Positions 17,740-20,000 of a DNA stretch of 20,000 bases are shown here, piece by piece; position 1 is the stretch's first letter, and every line of letters begins with the position of its first letter. The notes beneath the pieces are model-generated. The model was given only the letters and a program-made list of their open reading frames with translations. It did no database searches and had not been told where the DNA came from. Origin of the DNA: an uncultured virus (IMG/VR IMGVR_UViG_3300006137_000106) (lineage: Duplodnaviria; Heunggongvirae; Uroviricota; Caudoviricetes); IMG/VR virus record IMGVR_UViG_3300006137_000106. One strand, given 5' to 3'. Position numbers and translations under genes: made by a program.

Positions 17740-18036
17740 TCACAAAATTCCTATTACTATGCCACAGTGATTGTAGTATGCACGCAGCGATATAGTAGTA
17801 CCCGCTTCACAATTCAATGCGTATCCCATTGTTACACTCATGTCAGGCTCACGACCATATTTTCGGTTGTTGCAAATGTAGACAATACCAGGTATATTCA
17901 CACTGGATGACGGGCCTCCGGTATCCTGACCTGCGGAAAGCGCGACGATGCAAGAATATTTTTTGCTAGTAGTTATTGTTGTATTTCCCCCGACATGCAA
18001 GATTTCAATTTTGTTGACAATTTCTAAATTACTATT
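17740..18036 (-). other. Silent alternative tail-fibre C-terminal cassette B (98 aa, NSNLEIVNKIEILHVGG...IVIGIL), copy 1
   Basis: Begins at inverted site 2 in the same NSNLE frame, lacks own RBS/start, stop converges on cassette A stop. Confidence 0.88.
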
Positions 18037-18042
18037 TATTGT
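18014..18042 (+). promoter_or_regulatory. Putative sigma-A promoter straddling crossover site 2
   Basis: TTGACA (18014-18019), 17 bp, TATTGT (18037-18042). Confidence 0.5.
18021..18037 (-). repeat. Shufflon crossover site 2 (inverted)
   Basis: TTTCTAAATTACTATTT is the reverse complement of site 1. Confidence 0.9.
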
Positions 18043-18073
18043 CCTAGATGATTATAAAAAGGAGAAAAAATGA

Positions 18074-18232
18074 GTGAAATTTATTATAGAACAAATATCT
18101 ATAGTAAAAGAAATACGTTTTGAAAAGGAAGATGCGGATAAATATTCTGTTCCAGCCGGATATTATGTTCCGAAACGGAGAGCATCTCAAAGCGATAGAG
18201 AAAAGTTATCAAATTTGAATAAGATCAAATAG
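18074..18232 (+). CDS. Small hypothetical protein, 52 aa (MKFIIEQISIVKEIRFEKEDADKYSVPAGYYVPKRRASQSDREKLSNLNKIK)
   Basis: AAGGAG at 18059-18064, GTG 9 nt downstream, open to TAG 18230-18232; below ORF-track cutoff. Confidence 0.5.
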   Translation: MKFIIEQISIVKEIRFEKEDADKYSVPAGYYVPKRRASQSDREKLSNLNKIK

Positions 18233-18240
18233 ACAGCAAA

Positions 18241-18300
18241 CATAAGAAATAATCCTTCTATGGTACAATTAAGTAAAAAATAGGAGGGTTATTTCTTATG
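18241..18300 (+). promoter_or_regulatory. RBS/start-codon-sequestering hairpin of recombinase gene with extended -10 (TGGTACAAT) in the loop
   Basis: 18241-18260 pairs with 18281-18300: 18 Watson-Crick + 2 G:U pairs; 3' arm contains GGAGG and ATG. Confidence 0.75.
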
Positions 18301-19293
18301 AAAGATGAATTTATAACAAATATTCTGGCTAAAATGTTAGGTACGCTTACACAAGAACAGTGTACAGAACTAAAAACAGCATTGTACATGGAATTACAGG
18401 AGTACGAGTTAGAAAAACGGTGTACAGAACTTATGGACGTGGACCAAAGTTATATACATTACCTACAATTGTTTCTTGCACGCAAGAAAACAGAAGGCAA
18501 ATCGGATAGGACAATAAAACAATACAAACTGCATCTTGCCCATATGTTACAAAATCTTAATATGCCAATAGAAAAGATAACAGAGAATGACTTGTTTGTG
18601 TATCTGGCAAAATATAAAAAGGATAAGAATGTGTCTAATGTCTACTTAGATAATATCAGACTTGTATTTAGCAGCTTCTTTACATGGCTTAATGCAAAAG
18701 GCTATATATGTAAGAATCCAACAGAGGGACTTGAACCTATCAAGGTGGAGAAAAAAATTAAGCAACCGTTTAGTGATGAAGAACTTGAAAAATTAAGACG
18801 AATCTGTGAACAAGAAAGAGATTTAGCATTAATAGAATTTTTGTATAGTACAGGCGTTAGAGTATCAGAATTAGTTGCACTAAATAAAAAGGACATAGAC
18901 TTTTATGGTAAAAATGTAGTGGTATATGGAAAAGGAAGCAAAGAGCGGGAAACATATTTAAATGCTGCATCATGCCTGCATTTAAAAGCATACCTTGATA
19001 GTCGAAATGATGATAATGAGGCTTTATTTGTAAGTGCTAGAGCACCATATACCCGTTTAACAGTTGCAGGTGTAGAGAAAGTATTACAAAGAATTGGAAA
19101 AGAGGCAGGAGTACAGAAAGTGCATCCACACCGATTTCGACGAACAATGGCAACTAATGTGCTAAAAAAAGGAATGCCTTTAGAGGAAGTAAAGGAACTT
19201 CTAGGGCATACCAAGTTAGATACAACTATGATTTATTGTACAGTTAGTAAAGAGAATGTGAAACATTCACACCAAAAATTAATGAGTGCATAG
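18298..19293 (+). CDS. Tyrosine recombinase (XerC/D-like), probable shufflon invertase
   Basis: Catalytic set: TGVRVSEL (R), GKGSKER (K), HPHRFRR (HxxR), LLGH, TTMIY (Y); RBS AGGAGG; flanked by crossover sites. Confidence 0.95.
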   Translation: MKDEFITNILAKMLGTLTQEQCTELKTALYMELQEYELEKRCTELMDVDQSYIHYLQLFLARKKTEGKSDRTIKQYKLHLAHMLQNLNMPIEKITENDLFVYLAKYKKDKNVSNVYLDNIRLVFSSFFTWLNAKGYICKNPTEGLEPIKVEKKIKQPFSDEELEKLRRICEQERDLALIEFLYSTGVRVSELVALNKKDIDFYGKNVVVYGKGSKERETYLNAASCLHLKAYLDSRNDDNEALFVSARAPYTRLTVAGVEKVLQRIGKEAGVQKVHPHRFRRTMATNVLKKGMPLEEVKELLGHTKLDTTMIYCTVSKENVKHSHQKLMSA

Positions 19294-19325
19294 ATATGTA
19301 AAAAACCCTATACAAGTAGTTTATC

Positions 19326-19349
19326 AGACCCTTGTCAATGGGTCTTTTT
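19326..19349 (+). terminator. Rho-independent terminator after recombinase
   Basis: AGACCC-TTGTCAAT-GGGTCT followed by TTTT. Confidence 0.75.
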
Positions 19350-19439
19350 GTGGTTAGATTTAAGTAAGATACAATAATTGACAACAAATGTAATAGTATT
19401 TGGGGCTACAGAAAATGATTTCTATATAAGAAGGCTAAT

Positions 19440-19456
19440 AAATAGTAATTTAGAAA
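19440..19456 (+). repeat. Shufflon crossover site 3
   Basis: AAATAGTAATTTAGAAA exact. Confidence 0.9.
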
Positions 19457-19629
19457 AAGATCTTACAATAGTCGTGAATGTAAGGCAAAGCATACTTGGA
19501 CATACTCCACCGACAGAATATCGAGATCTAAACATTGAAGTATTAAGAAGTGGGGTATCTGTATATAAAAGTGGTTGGCACGGGGCGGGAAGTGGTACCG
19601 AACGCAAAACATATAGTATAAAGGTTTAA
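19441..19629 (+). other. Silent tail-fibre C-terminal cassette A, copy 2 (62 aa)
   Basis: Same translation as last 62 aa of fibre; downstream of terminator; no RBS. Confidence 0.88.
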
Positions 19630-19642
19630 TCAGTACAACGAG

Positions 19643-19939
19643 TCACAAAATTCCTATTACTATGCCACAGTGATTGTAGTATGCACGCAGCGATATAGTA
19701 GTACCCGCTTCACAATTCAATGCGTATCCCATTGTTACACTCATGTCAGGCTCACGACCATATTTTCGGTTGTTGCAAATGTAGACAATACCAGGTATAT
19801 TCACACTGGATGACGGGCCTCCGGTATCCTGACCTGCGGAAAGCGCGACGATGCAAGAATATTTTTTGCTAGTAGTTATTGTTGTATTTCCCCCGACATG
19901 CAAGATTTCAATTTTGTTGACAATTTCTAAATTACTATT
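19643..19939 (-). other. Silent tail-fibre C-terminal cassette B, copy 2 (98 aa)
   Basis: Identical to 17740-18036; starts at site 4. Confidence 0.88.
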
Positions 19940-19940
19940 T
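19924..19940 (-). repeat. Shufflon crossover site 4 (inverted)
   Basis: TTTCTAAATTACTATTT exact. Confidence 0.9.
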
Positions 19941-20000
19941 ATTTCCCTAAATGACCGCATATGAGCACCAAAAAAGAAATTTGGCGTTGATATGCGTTTA

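Larger units (their letters stand above)
17537..18040 (+). repeat. 504-bp direct repeat copy 1 (cassettes A+B)
   Basis: Identical by eye to 19440-19943 (offset 1903). Confidence 0.95.
19440..19943 (+). repeat. 504-bp direct repeat copy 2 (cassettes A+B)
   Basis: Identical by eye to 17537-18040. Confidence 0.95.
1..20000 (+). mobile_element. Prophage (or PBSX-like element) morphogenesis region, contractile-tail type; extends beyond the window on the left and probably on the right
   Basis: Co-oriented, tightly packed neck-sheath-tube-chaperone-tape measure-LysM-baseplate-fibre gene order typical of Firmicutes myoviruses/PBSX. Confidence 0.95.

Noticed and set aside
18298..19293. Prophage integrase marking the att end, or chromosomal xerC/xerD
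   Set aside because: Embedded in the fibre cassette array between crossover sites; no att-like or tRNA context seen; an invertase role fits better
19378..19410. Promoter at TTGACA 19378 driving cassette A copy 2
   Set aside because: No -10 match at 16-18 bp spacing
19378..19629. Independent 83-aa gene (and the 86-aa and 105-aa minus-strand ORFs as stand-alone genes)
   Set aside because: No convincing RBS; the upstream extensions differ between identical copies; better explained as silent cassettes starting at NSNLE
17537..19943. Diversity-generating retroelement (VR/TR pair at fibre 3' end)
   Set aside because: The two copies are identical with no adenine-specific mismatches, no reverse transcriptase is in the window, and the repeat is bounded by inverted sites next to a tyrosine recombinase

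Overview
AT-rich Firmicutes-type (Clostridia/Lachnospiraceae-like by inference) prophage late region, all on the + strand. It encodes a PBSX/Xkd-like contractile (myovirus) tail: neck genes, sheath, tube, a tail chaperone with a -1 frameshift signal, tape measure, LysM protein, baseplate proteins and a repeat-rich tail fibre. The main finding is at the right end (17527-19950), a tyrosine-recombinase tail-fibre shufflon. Four copies of a 17-bp site (AAATAGTAATTTAGAAA, read as NSNLE) occur in +,-,+,- orientation. They delimit two unrelated, in-frame alternative fibre C-termini (62 aa and 98 aa). The cassette pair is present twice as an exact 504-bp direct repeat flanking the recombinase gene. 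The recombinase appears to have layered regulation: a 20-bp hairpin that buries its RBS and ATG, an unannotated 52-aa upstream ORF, and a promoter whose -35 lies in an invertible cassette while its -10 lies across the crossover site. Family assignments come from motif recognition and gene order, not from database searches.
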